Assembly (NCBI GenBank): GCA_009839925.1
Contig: VXOS01000050.1
Location: 1 to 59,782 of the forward strand
Direction: 5' to 3'
Source: Chloroflexota bacterium
GTDB lineage: Bacteria; Chloroflexota; Dehalococcoidia; UBA2979
Length of the DNA stretch: 59,782 bases
Shown in pieces: positions 19,982 to 28,027 of this stretch (position 1 is the stretch's first letter; every line of letters begins with the position of its first letter). The notes under the pieces were generated by a model. It searched no databases. It had not been told where the DNA came from and was given only the letters and a program-made list of their open reading frames with translations. A program made the position numbers and the translations under genes.

Positions 19982-20491
19982 TTAGGCGCCCGCCGGCCCG
20001 CGCGTCTGGACTTGGTGCACCCGTCCGAAGAACGTGCGGACTCCGAGGATCTCGACGCCTCCGTGGTCGGCCAGCGTGGTGACGTGCTGCTGCACCCAGC
20101 GCCCGGCCGGTTGCCCCCCGACCGCGGCCAGCGCGGCCGCCGTGAACGCGTTGGGGAAGCGGGTCCAGGGACGCCCGGTCGCGAGCACCAGCGTGGCTGC
20201 GAGCGCGCACAGGCCCGCGCCCACCGCGATCGTCGTGCCGCACAGCGGCGAGATCGCGAGCGACGCCTCGCCGGCCTGGAGGCGCCTGAGCGCCTCGTGC
20301 GCCGCAGCGGCGACCTCGTCCGTCTCGAGGTCGCCGAGGATCACGAAGCCGCTCGCGGTGGCGCGCCCGGCGAGCCGCGTGGGCCCGCGACGCGCGAGCA
20401 GGACCGCAACCGTGGCGTGCTCCAGCGCGTGATTGCGCCGGATCGCGTCGAGCCACGAGCGGATCAGCTCGAACATCGCTCTCGCCTCCAT
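19982..20491 (-). CDS. hypothetical protein (169 aa), last gene of the TolB-like/SLT-like operon
   Basis: Only the C-terminal 169 codons of the 19982..21559 ORF are accepted; the rest is antisense to the SLT-like gene. It starts 23 nt after that gene's stop. Contains RNHALEHATVAVL and SPLCGTTIAVGAGL segments. No family assigned. Confidence 0.45.
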   Translation of the reverse strand: MEARAMFELIRSWLDAIRRNHALEHATVAVLLARRGPTRLAGRATASGFVILGDLETDEVAAAAHEALRRLQAGEASLAISPLCGTTIAVGAGLCALAATLVLATGRPWTRFPNAFTAAALAAVGGQPAGRWVQQHVTTLADHGGVEILGVRTFFGRVHQVQTRGPAGA

Positions 20492-20514
20492 GGATCGAGT
20501 GTAGCGGGGGTCGC

Positions 20515-21873
20515 TCAGTAGGCGCGGCTGGTGCCGGGCGCGCCCACCTCGAAGTCCGCATCGACGTCGATGCGGATCTCGACATCCCTGCCCTGCCCAT
20601 TGGGCGTGCTGATGCGCAACGTTCCACGGGCTCTCGCCCCCGGCAGCAGCGTGGGATTCACGGTGATCGTGATCTCGGCCTCCCGGCTGCAGCCCCGGCC
20701 CGTGCAATCGACGTCCGTTCCGAGGGCCACTCCGGCCGGCGGATCGACCACGATCCAGCCGGCCGACGACGTTGCCAACCAGGAGAGGATGCCCGTGCCC
20801 GAGTTCGCGATGCGCACGGTCGCGCGGGTCTCCTCGTAGGTGCCCTCCGTGCGGATCTCGATCGGTGGCTCGTTCACGGAGAGTCGTGGCGCGGCGAGCA
20901 CGTCCGATCGGAACCCCCGGCGGACGGCCGGCGGGTCCGTCTGGTGCGCCGGTTGCGGCGTGGGCATGTCCATGCGCGCGAAGGGGAATCGGAAGTTCGC
21001 GACCGAGAGTGCCTCGAAGTAGCTGACCTGCGAGAGGTTCGGAAGCGTCGCATCGACGGGACTCCAGAGCGGGACGCCGTTCGGCGTTGGCGGGCGCGCC
21101 ATGCAGCCCCAGATCAGCTCCTGGTAGGGGTAGCGGTTGCGCGACTGCGTCCCGTCGCAGCGATAGCGCTCGCGCGGCCAACCACCGAACACGGGGTCCG
21201 CGGGGTGATTGGACCTGATGGCGCCCGGTCCGCTGAATCCGTTGTAGGACCAGACGGCGTAGTACCAGTTCTCGATCAGCTGCGGCGACGAGCCGGTGTC
21301 CGTGCCGACGATCGGGCGCGACTGAGGGGCGCGATTCCACTTGTCCACGAGGATCGCAGCGCCGCGCGCGATGTTGTACGCGTAGTGCGTCGCCACGCTC
21401 ACCTGCGTCGCGCTCGGGCCGCGATTGGCGCCCAGCGGCAGGGTCATGCCCGTCGTCACCTGCATCACGCCGTGACCGCAATCGAATGAGATGAGCGTGT
21501 CGCCGGATGACTCGAAAGAGACCGACCGCGAGGCCATCGTGATGCCGGACTCCACCCACGCGACCGCGCGCAGCACCTCTACAGGCACCTGCCGAATCGC
21601 GCTGTCGGAGCGATTGCTGCGCGTCCCCACCTCGACCGTGGGCAGGCCGAAGAAGGGATCGCCCGGGAACAACGCATCGACCGCCGCGGCGTCGATCACG
21701 TCCATGTAGGCCTGGCGCGAGCGATCCGCCTCGTAGGTCTGCGGCGTACGCAGGAAGGCGCAGGCCAGCGCCGGCTCCGCACCCCGGGGCGACGACCAGA
21801 GACCAAGCGCCAGCGCGGCGGCGAAGACGAGCAGCGCCGCGCGCGCGACCCGGCGCACGGCGACCTCAGGCAT
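20515..21873 (-). CDS. secreted lytic-transglycosylase-like (SLT domain) protein with a C-terminal beta-rich domain
   Basis: Signal-like N-terminus (AALLVFAAALALGLW). AWVESG...GHGVMQVT...YAYNIARGAAIL matches the E-S / G-x-M-Q / A-Y-N pattern of SLT catalytic domains. Confidence 0.55.
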   Translation of the reverse strand: MPEVAVRRVARAALLVFAAALALGLWSSPRGAEPALACAFLRTPQTYEADRSRQAYMDVIDAAAVDALFPGDPFFGLPTVEVGTRSNRSDSAIRQVPVEVLRAVAWVESGITMASRSVSFESSGDTLISFDCGHGVMQVTTGMTLPLGANRGPSATQVSVATHYAYNIARGAAILVDKWNRAPQSRPIVGTDTGSSPQLIENWYYAVWSYNGFSGPGAIRSNHPADPVFGGWPRERYRCDGTQSRNRYPYQELIWGCMARPPTPNGVPLWSPVDATLPNLSQVSYFEALSVANFRFPFARMDMPTPQPAHQTDPPAVRRGFRSDVLAAPRLSVNEPPIEIRTEGTYEETRATVRIANSGTGILSWLATSSAGWIVVDPPAGVALGTDVDCTGRGCSREAEITITVNPTLLPGARARGTLRISTPNGQGRDVEIRIDVDADFEVGAPGTSRAY

Positions 21874-22993
21874 CGAGCAGCCAGCCGATGAAGATCAGAT
21901 CGAAGTCCCCCGGCACGATCGCCCGCCCACCGGCGCTCGCGATCACCACCAGCGACTCGCGGCCCGGCTCATAGGCATCGCGCCCGTCGAAGCTGCGCGT
22001 CGCCAGATAGCGACCGTCGCTGCTCCAGCCGAGCGGAGCGTCGAAGCCCTGGTCCGGCGCCGTCAGCTGCCCTTGCTCGCCGCCGTCCTCGAGACGGAGC
22101 GTGAACGGGGCTACCCCCGGCAGGAAGCCGGGCTCCTGCCCGAACGTGATGCCGTCGCCCGTGGGCGTCCAGACGGGCGAGAACTGATCGCCGACGAAGC
22201 CGTCGCTCGCCTCGATGCGCGGCTCGCCGCCGCCGTCGATTGGCGTGACGTGGAGACGCTGCACCACGCGCTCGGCCTCGATTCGCGGCGCCAGGTAGGA
22301 GAGCGTGCGACCGTCCGGGGAGAGCCGCCAGCCGCTCGCGATGTGATCGGAGGCGTGCAGCAACAGCGTGGCGTCGCCCTCGCCGTCGCCGCCGACGCGG
22401 TAGAGGTCCGTGCCGCCGTTGGTGAGCTCCGCGTAGACCACGCCCCCGTCCGCCGGGACGGCCACGGGCAGAATCCCGAAGCGCGTCGTGAGCTCGCGCA
22501 CGGTCCGCCGCTCGCGCGTTTCGAGGTCGACGCGCACCAGCGCCTGCGTCCCCTCAATGCCGTCGCTGCTGCGATAGACGAGGTAGCGCCCTTCGCGGTC
22601 GAAAACGGGCGGCACGAGCAGATCGGCGTCGCCGGCAAGGCGCGTCAGACCGCCGCTGGCGGCGTCCAGCAGCCACAACTCCGCGGGCGAGTCGCGGCGC
22701 GGTTCGGCCTCGGGCGGGAGCGCGACGAAGGCGATGAGCGAGCCGACCAGCTCCGTGGCAGGCGTCAGCGCCCAGCCCTGCGCGTGCGGCACGCTCGCGA
22801 GCAACTCGCGCGCTTCCAGGTCGGCCGCCGGGGCGACGTAGATGCGGTCCTCGCCGGGGCCGAACTCGGCGAAGACGAGCCGCGCCTCGGCTGGAGGCGG
22901 CTCCGGCTCGCCATCCCGGAAGTCGCACGCGACGGCGACCGCCAGGGCAAGCGGCGCGAGCAGGGCCAGCAGCGGCAGGACACGGCGGGGCAT
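21866..22993 (-). CDS. TolB-like beta-propeller lipoprotein (PD40/WD40-like repeats)
   Basis: ATG at 22993 gives MPRRVLPLLALLAPLALAVAVAC (lipobox). Repeated DGRYLVYRS / SPDGRTLSY / SSDGRYLATRS propeller blades. It overlaps the downstream gene by 8 nt. The upstream 1.5 kb of the long ORF is Arg/Ala-rich shadow sequence. Confidence 0.65.
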   Translation of the reverse strand: MPRRVLPLLALLAPLALAVAVACDFRDGEPEPPPAEARLVFAEFGPGEDRIYVAPAADLEARELLASVPHAQGWALTPATELVGSLIAFVALPPEAEPRRDSPAELWLLDAASGGLTRLAGDADLLVPPVFDREGRYLVYRSSDGIEGTQALVRVDLETRERRTVRELTTRFGILPVAVPADGGVVYAELTNGGTDLYRVGGDGEGDATLLLHASDHIASGWRLSPDGRTLSYLAPRIEAERVVQRLHVTPIDGGGEPRIEASDGFVGDQFSPVWTPTGDGITFGQEPGFLPGVAPFTLRLEDGGEQGQLTAPDQGFDAPLGWSSDGRYLATRSFDGRDAYEPGRESLVVIASAGGRAIVPGDFDLIFIGWLLDA

Positions 22994-23167
22994 GATCAAG
23001 CGCCCTCGGGCTTCCCGGGAATTCGGCCCCCGCCGGTGAGCCACAGTCGCCTGTGGGCTCGAATCACGATATGAACCGCCGTCGCACCGTGTCAACGCGC
23101 GGGCGGGTACGCGCGCCTCGACGGCCCGGTCAGCGCGCTCTGCCGTGACCCCTGCTACGCTGGACGC

Positions 23168-23905
23168 GTGATACTTCGCTATCTGGCGGTGCTCGATGAC
23201 GCACCGGCCGCCTTCGTCATTTTGATCGCTGCATTCGGCGCCTCGCTGCTGGTCGGACTGGTGCTGCACGAGGTCGCCCACGCCTACGTCGCGGACTCGC
23301 TCGGGGACCGCACGCCGCGCTCGTTCGGGCGGCTCTCGCTCAACCCGAAGCGGCACCTGGATCCGCTGGGAGCGGCGCTGATCTTCCTCGCGGGCTTCGG
23401 CTGGGCGCGGCCGGTGCCGGTCAACCCGTTCAACACCTCGGGCAATCCCAAGCTGAACATGGCTACCATCGCCGTCGCCGGGCCGGCGACGAACCTGGTG
23501 GTCGCCGCGATCGCCGGGCTGCCGATCAAGCTCGGCTGGGTGCCGTTCTTCCATCCGTTCGTCGCGCCTTCGCTGGCCAACTTCGCCGCGCAGGTGTGGA
23601 CCGAGTCTCCGGAGAACCTCGTCGGGCTGTTCCTCGGGACGATCGTGCTGCTCAACGTGATCCTCGCGATCTTCAACCTCATCCCGCTCGCGCCGCTCGA
23701 TGGATTCCGGGTCGCCGCCGGGCTGCTGCCGAGGCCGCTCGCGGCGCAGTTCTCGAGGCTGGAGCCGTGGTGCCCCGGCATCCTGATGGTGCTGATCATC
23801 CTTCCCTTCCTCGGGGGGCCGGCGTGGCTGTTCGAGGTAATGGGCCCGCCGCGCGACTTCCTGCTCAAGCTGTTCGCCGGCGACACCCTGGTGCGGCTGG
23901 TCTGA
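23168..23905 (+). CDS. site-2 protease family (M50) membrane metalloprotease
   Basis: HEVAHAYVA (HExxH) in a transmembrane segment plus NLIPLAPLDG (NxxPxxxLDG). GTG start lies 6 nt after a TACGCT hexamer. Confidence 0.8.
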   Translation: MILRYLAVLDDAPAAFVILIAAFGASLLVGLVLHEVAHAYVADSLGDRTPRSFGRLSLNPKRHLDPLGAALIFLAGFGWARPVPVNPFNTSGNPKLNMATIAVAGPATNLVVAAIAGLPIKLGWVPFFHPFVAPSLANFAAQVWTESPENLVGLFLGTIVLLNVILAIFNLIPLAPLDGFRVAAGLLPRPLAAQFSRLEPWCPGILMVLIILPFLGGPAWLFEVMGPPRDFLLKLFAGDTLVRLV

Positions 23906-23910
23906 CGGCG

Positions 23911-24423
23911 GTGCGGGCCGCCGCGACCGACCTCGCGAGGCACGCCCGGCGCTTCTTTCGAGGCCTCCGCGGTTCGCTTTCCCCTTCCGAAGAGCGCGCC
24001 GTGCGGGATCTGCTCCGCCCCGCCGAGTTGCGGCTGTTCGAGACGCTCCAGGGCCGGGAACGCCGTCACGCCCTCGACGTGCTGGCCTGGCTGCGCGCCA
24101 ACGCCTCGCCCTCCGACGAGCTGCTGATCGCCGCGCTGCTGCACAACACGGGCAAGGGCGCGCTGCACGCGCACGAGCGCATCCTCCACGTGCTGCTGCT
24201 GCAGTTCGCGCCCGGGCTGCACGAGCGCCTGGCCGACCCCGAGGGCGGACGGTTGGCGCGCGCCCTCGCCGCCCAGCGCGATCACCCGGCGCGAGGAGCG
24301 ACACGGCTCCTCGCGATCGGCTGCTCGCCGCGCGTCTGCGAGCTGGTCCGCCGCCACCACGACGCCTCGCCCGGCGGCGACCGCGAGCTGGCCTGGTTGA
24401 TGGAGGCCGACCAGGTCGTCTGA
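23911..24423 (+). CDS. HD-domain-like hypothetical protein
   Basis: GTG at 23911, right after the M50 stop, in the frame of ORF 23596..24423. RHALDVLAWL...ALLHNTGKG...VRRHHD suggests an HD-type phosphohydrolase fold. The assignment is weak. Confidence 0.4.
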   Translation: MRAAATDLARHARRFFRGLRGSLSPSEERAVRDLLRPAELRLFETLQGRERRHALDVLAWLRANASPSDELLIAALLHNTGKGALHAHERILHVLLLQFAPGLHERLADPEGGRLARALAAQRDHPARGATRLLAIGCSPRVCELVRRHHDASPGGDRELAWLMEADQVV

Positions 24424-24522
24424 CGGGTCGCGCCGAGGGCGGCCAGGCCTCCCGTGCTACCATCGAGACCGGCCGAAACGGCGGCGCTCCGCGCTGCCGA
24501 CGCGCGAACGGGCACGGTGCAC

Positions 24523-25554
24523 ATGACACAGCTGGCCATCCTCGGTACGGGCCTGATCGGGGCTTCGATCGGCCTCGGGCTGAAGGCAGCCGAAGGCACG
24601 GAGGACATCGAGATCGTCGGCTTCGACACCAGCCGCGAGCGCGAGCGCGAGGCTGAGCGGCGCAAGGCGATCGACCGGCGCGGGAGCAGCCTGCGCCAGA
24701 CCGTCCAGGGCGCCGCGCTGGTGGTGATCAGCACGCCGGTGCTCGCCACCCGCGAGGTGATGGAGGAGATCGCGTCCAGCCTGACCGTGGGCACAATCGT
24801 CACCGACACGTGCTCGACCAAGGCGCAGGTGATGAGCTGGGCCGAGGAGCTGCTCCCGAACTCGGTCAACTTCGTGGGCAGCCACCCGATGGCCGGCAAG
24901 ACGGAGTTCGGACCCGCGGCCGCTGAGGCGACGCTGTTCCAGGACGCGCGCTGGGTCGTGGTGCCCTCGCGCTCCGCCTCCAGCGACGCCGTCGAGACGG
25001 TCTCCGGCCTTGCCACGGCGCTGGGCGCGAAGCCGATGTTCATGGACGCCGCGGAGCACGACGCCTACGCCGCCGCGATCTCGCACCTGCCGATGTTCGC
25101 CGCGAGCGCGATCTTCCGCCTGGTGCGCGACTCCGAGGCCTGGCCGGAGCTGTCGCTGCTGGCGGCCAGCGGCTTCAAGGACACCACCCGCCTCGCCGGC
25201 ACGGACGAGCTGATGTCGCACGACATCGCGGTCACCAACCGCGATCAGGTGGTGCACTGGCTGCAGCGCCTGCGCGGCGCCATCTACGACCTCGAGGACA
25301 TGATCACGGACCCCGATCGGGACGAGGAGTTCCTGCGTCACCTGGCGCAGCTGAACATCGACCACATCGCCTTCCACGACGGTCAGATCGGGCGCGTCGA
25401 GATCGACCAGAAGGGCTCCGGCATCCCGGTGCCCGGGATGACCGACATGCTCCTTGGCGGCGCGCTCTCCGAGCGCCTGCGCCAGATGACCGAAGACAGC
25501 GCCGACGTGGACGAAAAGACGCGCCAGCGCAGGCGCCTCTTCGGCCGCCGCTAG
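24523..25554 (+). CDS. tyrA: prephenate dehydrogenase
   Basis: Internal ATG gives MTQLAILGTGLIGASIGLGLK (NAD fold). DTCSTKAQV, VGSHPMAGK and HDAYAAAISHLP motifs are typical of TyrA. Confidence 0.8.
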   Translation: MTQLAILGTGLIGASIGLGLKAAEGTEDIEIVGFDTSREREREAERRKAIDRRGSSLRQTVQGAALVVISTPVLATREVMEEIASSLTVGTIVTDTCSTKAQVMSWAEELLPNSVNFVGSHPMAGKTEFGPAAAEATLFQDARWVVVPSRSASSDAVETVSGLATALGAKPMFMDAAEHDAYAAAISHLPMFAASAIFRLVRDSEAWPELSLLAASGFKDTTRLAGTDELMSHDIAVTNRDQVVHWLQRLRGAIYDLEDMITDPDRDEEFLRHLAQLNIDHIAFHDGQIGRVEIDQKGSGIPVPGMTDMLLGGALSERLRQMTEDSADVDEKTRQRRRLFGRR

Positions 25555-25561
25555 CCCACGG

Positions 25562-26869
25562 GTGGGCGGCCCGCCGGCGATGCGAGTCACAGCGCCCGCG
25601 CGGCTGCGCGGCAAGCTCGACATCCCCGGCGACAAGTCCATCACCCATCGCGCGCTGATGCTCAACGCCGCCGCCGAGGGCGAGGCGCGCATCGACGGCT
25701 TCCTCGACGCGGCCGATACCCGCTCCACGCTCGAGTGCATGCGCGCGCTCGGCGCGGAGATCGAGCAGGTCGCCGAGGACGCGCTCGTGGTCCGCGGGCG
25801 GGGCCGCGCCGGGCTCCACGAGGCATCCGACGTGCTCGACTGCGGGAACTCCGGCACGACGATCCGGCTGCTGAGCGGCCTGCTTGCCGGGTTCCCGTTC
25901 CTTTCCGTGCTGACCGGCGACGGCTCTTTGCGAGGTCGCCCGATGGGACGCATCGTGCAGCCGTTGCGCGCCCTCGGCGCGCGCATGAGCGCGCGCGCGG
26001 ACGGCACGCTGCCACCGCTCGTGATCGAGGGCGGTACGATCGCCGGCGGCCAGCGCATCGAGACACCGGTCGCTTCGGCGCAGGTCAAGTCCGCGATCCT
26101 GCTCGCCGGGCTGGCGGCCGAGGGAGCGACGACCGTCGCCGAGCCCTCGCGCTCGCGCGACCACAGCGAGCGCATGCTGGCCGCGATGGGCGCGCACGTC
26201 GCCGTCGAGGACGCAACGGTCACGCTCACGCCGCCCGCCGGCGACCTGCAGGCGATCGACGTGCGCGTCCCCGGCGACATCTCCACGGCGGCCGTCTGGA
26301 TCGTCGCCGCCACGCTGCACCCGGACGCCGACGTGCTGCTCACCGGCGTCGGCCTCAACCCCACGCGCGCGGGCGTCCTCGACGCGCTGCGCGAGATGGG
26401 CGCGGACATCGAGGAGCTCGAGTCGCGCACCGTCGGCGGCGAGCCCGTCGCCGACCTGCGCGTGCGCTCCGCCACGCTGCGCGGCGTGCGCATCGAGGGC
26501 GAGGTCATCCCTCGCGCAATCGACGAGCTGCCGCTGCTCGCGCTGGCCGGCACGGTCGCCGAGGGCGAGACCGTGATCGCCGACGCCGCCGAGCTACGTG
26601 TGAAGGAATCCGACCGCGTCGCCACCACGGCGGCGGCGCTGCGCGCCCTCGGCGCGGAGGTCGAGGAGCGCGCCGACGGTCTCGCCATCGGCGGCTCGGC
26701 GCGGCTGCGTGGCGGGCGTGTCGAGGCAGCGGGCGACCACCGCCTCGCGATGCTCGGCGCGGCCGGCGCGCTGATCGCCGAGGGCGACTCGCAGATCGAG
26801 GGCGCGGACGCGGTCGGCGTCTCCTACCCCGCGTTCTGGTCGGACCTCGAACGGCTCGGTTCGGCGTAG
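25562..26869 (+). CDS. aroA: 3-phosphoshikimate 1-carboxyvinyltransferase (EPSP synthase)
   Basis: LRGKLDIPGDKSITHRALMLNAAAEGE, LDCGNSGTTIRLLSG, RGRPMGR and KESDR motifs. GTG 25562 or ATG 25580 could be the start. Confidence 0.9.
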   Translation: MGGPPAMRVTAPARLRGKLDIPGDKSITHRALMLNAAAEGEARIDGFLDAADTRSTLECMRALGAEIEQVAEDALVVRGRGRAGLHEASDVLDCGNSGTTIRLLSGLLAGFPFLSVLTGDGSLRGRPMGRIVQPLRALGARMSARADGTLPPLVIEGGTIAGGQRIETPVASAQVKSAILLAGLAAEGATTVAEPSRSRDHSERMLAAMGAHVAVEDATVTLTPPAGDLQAIDVRVPGDISTAAVWIVAATLHPDADVLLTGVGLNPTRAGVLDALREMGADIEELESRTVGGEPVADLRVRSATLRGVRIEGEVIPRAIDELPLLALAGTVAEGETVIADAAELRVKESDRVATTAAALRALGAEVEERADGLAIGGSARLRGGRVEAAGDHRLAMLGAAGALIAEGDSQIEGADAVGVSYPAFWSDLERLGSA

Positions 26870-26880
26870 GGCGCGCGGCG

Positions 26881-27474
26881 GTGTCGACTCCCCCACCGCT
26901 GCTCGCCGTGATCTCGGGACCATCGGGCGTCGGCAAGGACGCGCTGATGAGCGCCCTGCTCGCGGGCGACGAGTTCGCCCGCCCCGTCACGATGACCACG
27001 CGCCCGCCCCGCCCCGGCGAGGTCGACGGCGTCCACTACGTCTTCGCGAGCAGCGAGGCATTCGAGGCGGCCATCCGCTCCGGCGAGCTTGTCGAGCACG
27101 CCGAGGTGCATGACCGCCTCTACGGCACGCCCCGCTCGCAGCTCCGCGCCGCCCTCGGCAGCGGGCGCGACGTGCTGCTGCAGGTGGACGTGCAGGGTGC
27201 GATCGCGATCCGCGAGGCGATCGCGGAGGCGCGGCTGCTGTTCATCGCCCCCGAGAGCCTCGATCAGATCGAGCAGCGGCTGCGCGAGCGCGGCACGGAC
27301 CCCGCCGAAATCGCGCGTCGCCTCGCCAGCGCCCGCGCCGAGCTGGAGCAGCAGGCCGCCTTCGACGCCGTCATCGTCAACGTCGAGGGCGACCTCGACG
27401 TCACGGTCGCCCGCGTCCGCGCCTGGGTCGCCGGCGAGCGCGCACGACCGGGCCGGCGCGCGGTGGAGGTGTGA
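26881..27474 (+). CDS. gmk: guanylate kinase
   Basis: GTG start. LLAVISGPSGVGKDAL (P-loop), TTRPPRPGEVDGVHYVF, YGT. Confidence 0.85.
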   Translation: MSTPPPLLAVISGPSGVGKDALMSALLAGDEFARPVTMTTRPPRPGEVDGVHYVFASSEAFEAAIRSGELVEHAEVHDRLYGTPRSQLRAALGSGRDVLLQVDVQGAIAIREAIAEARLLFIAPESLDQIEQRLRERGTDPAEIARRLASARAELEQQAAFDAVIVNVEGDLDVTVARVRAWVAGERARPGRRAVEV

Positions 27475-27484
27475 GCGGGCGTCG

Positions 27485-27514
27485 TTGACACTCCCCGGCG
27501 GCCAGCCGTAGCCT
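27485..27514 (+). promoter_or_regulatory. candidate promoter of the trp leader
   Basis: Perfect TTGACA (27485-27490), 18-nt spacer, TAGCCT (27509-27514), starting 11 nt after the gmk stop. Confidence 0.45.
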
Positions 27515-27519
27515 CGATC

Positions 27520-27865
27520 TCGGTCGCAGCACAAAGAGAGCGACGCGGAACGGGAGTAGTACGCCGCCACGCGGGGCCCAGAGAGCCGGGGCAAGGTGGA
27601 AGCCCGGCGCCCGACAGCAGCGGCGGAATGGACCCGGGAGTCTCGGCCCGAACGCCCCCAATCGACCCGACAAGGGGCAAGTAGGCGTCGACGGTGTGGG
27701 CGCCGTTATCCAGGCCCAAGGCATCGCCGCCACGCCCCGCGTCCGGGGCAGCCGGGCGGCCGTGCCTCGAATGAGCGCGAGCCGCGGGCCGCGAGGCCCC
27801 CGGCGCGCGGAACTTGGGTGGCGCCGCGAGGACCATCGCCCCAGGGCGGTGGTCCCTTTGTATTC
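27520..27865 (+). promoter_or_regulatory. T-box riboswitch leader, Trp (UGG) specifier
   Basis: Ordered conserved elements: AGAGAG 27535-40, AGTAGTA 27555-61, GGTGGAA 27595-601, GAA-TGG-A 27626-32, AGTA 27680-83, CCGTTA (F-box) 27703-08, GGAAC 27809-13, T-box core TTGGGTGGCGCCGCGAGG 27814-31, and an overlapping terminator hairpin. Confidence 0.8.
27830..27864 (+). terminator. T-box terminator hairpin
   Basis: GGACCATCGCC (27830-40) pairs with GGCGGTGGTCC (27845-55) for 11 bp with one G.U, loop CCAG, then CTTTGTATT. The 5' arm overlaps the 3' part of the T-box core, as expected for terminator/antiterminator competition. Confidence 0.6.
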
Positions 27866-27904
27866 GGGGTAACCCACGGTCGGAGGAAACGAGGAGGCTT
27901 GATC

Positions 27905-28027
27905 GTGCATCGCAGCAGCCCTGCGCCGTACCGCCCCCAGACCGCCGCACGCCTCGGCGGCGTCTGGTGGTGGCCGTACGCCTCGCGCACGGAACGCTGC
28001 AACGCAAGAACAGGACCACAACGATGA
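27905..28027 (+). CDS. candidate trp leader peptide (40 codons, three consecutive Trp codons)
   Basis: AGGAGG (27892-97) lies 7 nt before GTG 27905. Translation is (M)HRSSPAPYRPQTAARLGGVWWWPYASRTERCNARTGPQR, with TGG TGG TGG at 27965-27973. The TGA stop (28025-27) overlaps the trpE ATG (28024-26). Confidence 0.5.
   Translation: MHRSSPAPYRPQTAARLGGVWWWPYASRTERCNARTGPQR

Noticed and set aside
22994-24529. N-terminal 512 codons of the 887-aa ORF 21866..24529, and likewise the upstream part of ORF 19982..21559.
   Set aside because: These stretches are extremely Arg/Ala-rich and overlap the M50 protease and HD-like genes (or the SLT-like gene) on the other strand. A lipoprotein signal begins at the internal ATG at 22993, and the small gene begins at 20491.
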